The notes beneath the pieces are model-generated. The model saw nothing but the letters and a program-made list of their open reading frames with translations. It was not told where the DNA came from and made no database searches. Made by a program: the position numbers and the translations under genes. Positions 62,751 through 64,000 of a DNA stretch of 64,000 bases are shown here, piece by piece; position 1 is the stretch's first letter, and the number at the start of each line of letters is the position of its first letter. The DNA is taken from contig NIVC01001606.1 in the NCBI GenBank assembly GCA_002269645.1, positions 103,876 to 167,875 on the forward strand. The letters run 5' to 3'. This DNA comes from Macrostomum lignano. Taxonomy: Eukaryota.

Positions 62751-63284
62751 CTGAAAGGGAGTTGCAGTATTAGGTAGTATTGATTTCCGTTCTTTATTTG
62801 TAAAAAAATCATGTTAGATACAGCGTTGCCAGCCAGCTTACTAGTAATTTCCTGCGCGTTGTTTTGATGAACTTCTGTTGCTTTCTTGCTTTTTGCCTAG
62901 AGGGTTGCGGTAGTGTGAATAATAAATTGACTTGGGGTTTAGTCTGTAGCAATATTGAGAGCAATTTTATATTATGGGAATGACTGCAATCCTAAACTTT
63001 AAATATTTTAACTACAGCCTTTCTGAGCATGCAATTTTGTAGGGATACGATAGGGAGGGTGTTTATGGCAGCTCTGTTAGAAATTCAGTAATCCATACTG
63101 TGAGTGAGCACTGCAGAAGCAGCTCTCTCTCCATTCGCATTAGCTAATTGGATAAATTTACCTGCTATGGTCATACCAGCATACGAAAGTCTCTCTTGCA
63201 GGCGATTCTGTCTACCCTCTAATATTTCATTTGCTCATGCGTCCATGGTAATAATGAGCTGTAAAAATATATAAATATACATAC

Positions 63285-63625
63285 TCAGACTCAGACTCAG
63301 CTACAAGGGGCTCTGGGCATCCGGATACAGCGGGATAGGCCTCGTTCCCATAGCCACTGGCAGCTATTGTGCTCCGGTGGAGCCGGTGGTACCTGCGTCC
63401 GCAGCGCAGTCCCCATCCAGTGAGTCCAGAAGGTGGATGGTCGCTCGCCCAGTTGCCCTTAGGTAGCTCGTACATGTAGAGGAGAACTGGCAGAGATTCT
63501 CGGGTTCGAAATTTTGAAAGTCCGAGTTTGGGGCCGAGGTTGTCGAGCCTGTCCTGAGTCAAGGCAGGGCATTCACAGATGAAGTGCTCCGCATTCTCAC
63601 CGCCGAGAGGCAGATACAACCCATG
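63285..63625 (-). mobile_element. 3' end fragment of an R1/LOA-like non-LTR retrotransposon
   Basis: ENAEHFICECPAL..DRL..LG zinc-knuckle remnant, followed by a 3' UTR ending in a (TCTGAG)3 tail at about 63285-63300. Confidence 0.6.
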
Positions 63626-64000
63626 TACCATCGATTATAAGTATTTTAGCGATATTTTTGAAACATATTTTCGAAAATTTGTCTCTGATCGCAATGGTTT
63701 TATTTCCAAAATTGCATTTGCTCATCAAAGCTTGAACATGCTGTTGATCACTGTACTCAGCTCGGATCGTAGATGATATTTTGCTTGACTTGTAATAAAT
63801 TTCAGATGGTCACCAGCTGATTATACGTTGGTGTGTGATGTGTAGCAGGCAGGCTATTTTACCGGTTCACAGTCGAAGGTTAATAATGGTTGCATGATCC
63901 AACGTAAAAAATTAGCCGCGTGTAGTTCAAGGAGTTCAGCGACACTGTGTGTCTATCGAACTATGGCACGTGTCTCTTTAGCAGTAGCTATTCTGATACT

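Overview
Repeat-rich invertebrate animal nuclear DNA with GT-AG introns and the standard code. The composition is reminiscent of Macrostomum-type flatworms, but that cannot be verified from the sequence. Genes: the 3' end of an unknown gene with a CaaX-like tail (+, 1-1382); a complete 5-exon Rab2 (-); a tandem cluster of large, almost intronless proteins built from 6-9 repeated LRAT/PLAAT-like (permuted NlpC/P60) modules with a hydrophobic C-terminal anchor (three intact genes and one truncated, frameshifted duplicate, 15.7-34.9 kb, -); a complete 4-exon C9orf72 orthologue of about 480 aa (-); a secreted PAN + F-type lectin (+); and a frameshifted PAN-like + C-type lectin (-). Between them are MITEs with TIRs and TSDs (hAT-like and Mutator-like, one nested pair), fragments of gypsy, R1/LOA-like, RTEX-like and Penelope retroelements, two mariner relics inside a tandem duplication of about 3 kb, and many intron-filling mini- and microsatellites. 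The best candidate for an undescribed system is the poly-LRAT cluster, in which most modules look catalytically dead and the position of the putatively active module differs between paralogues. All homology calls come from motif recognition by eye; no searches were run.
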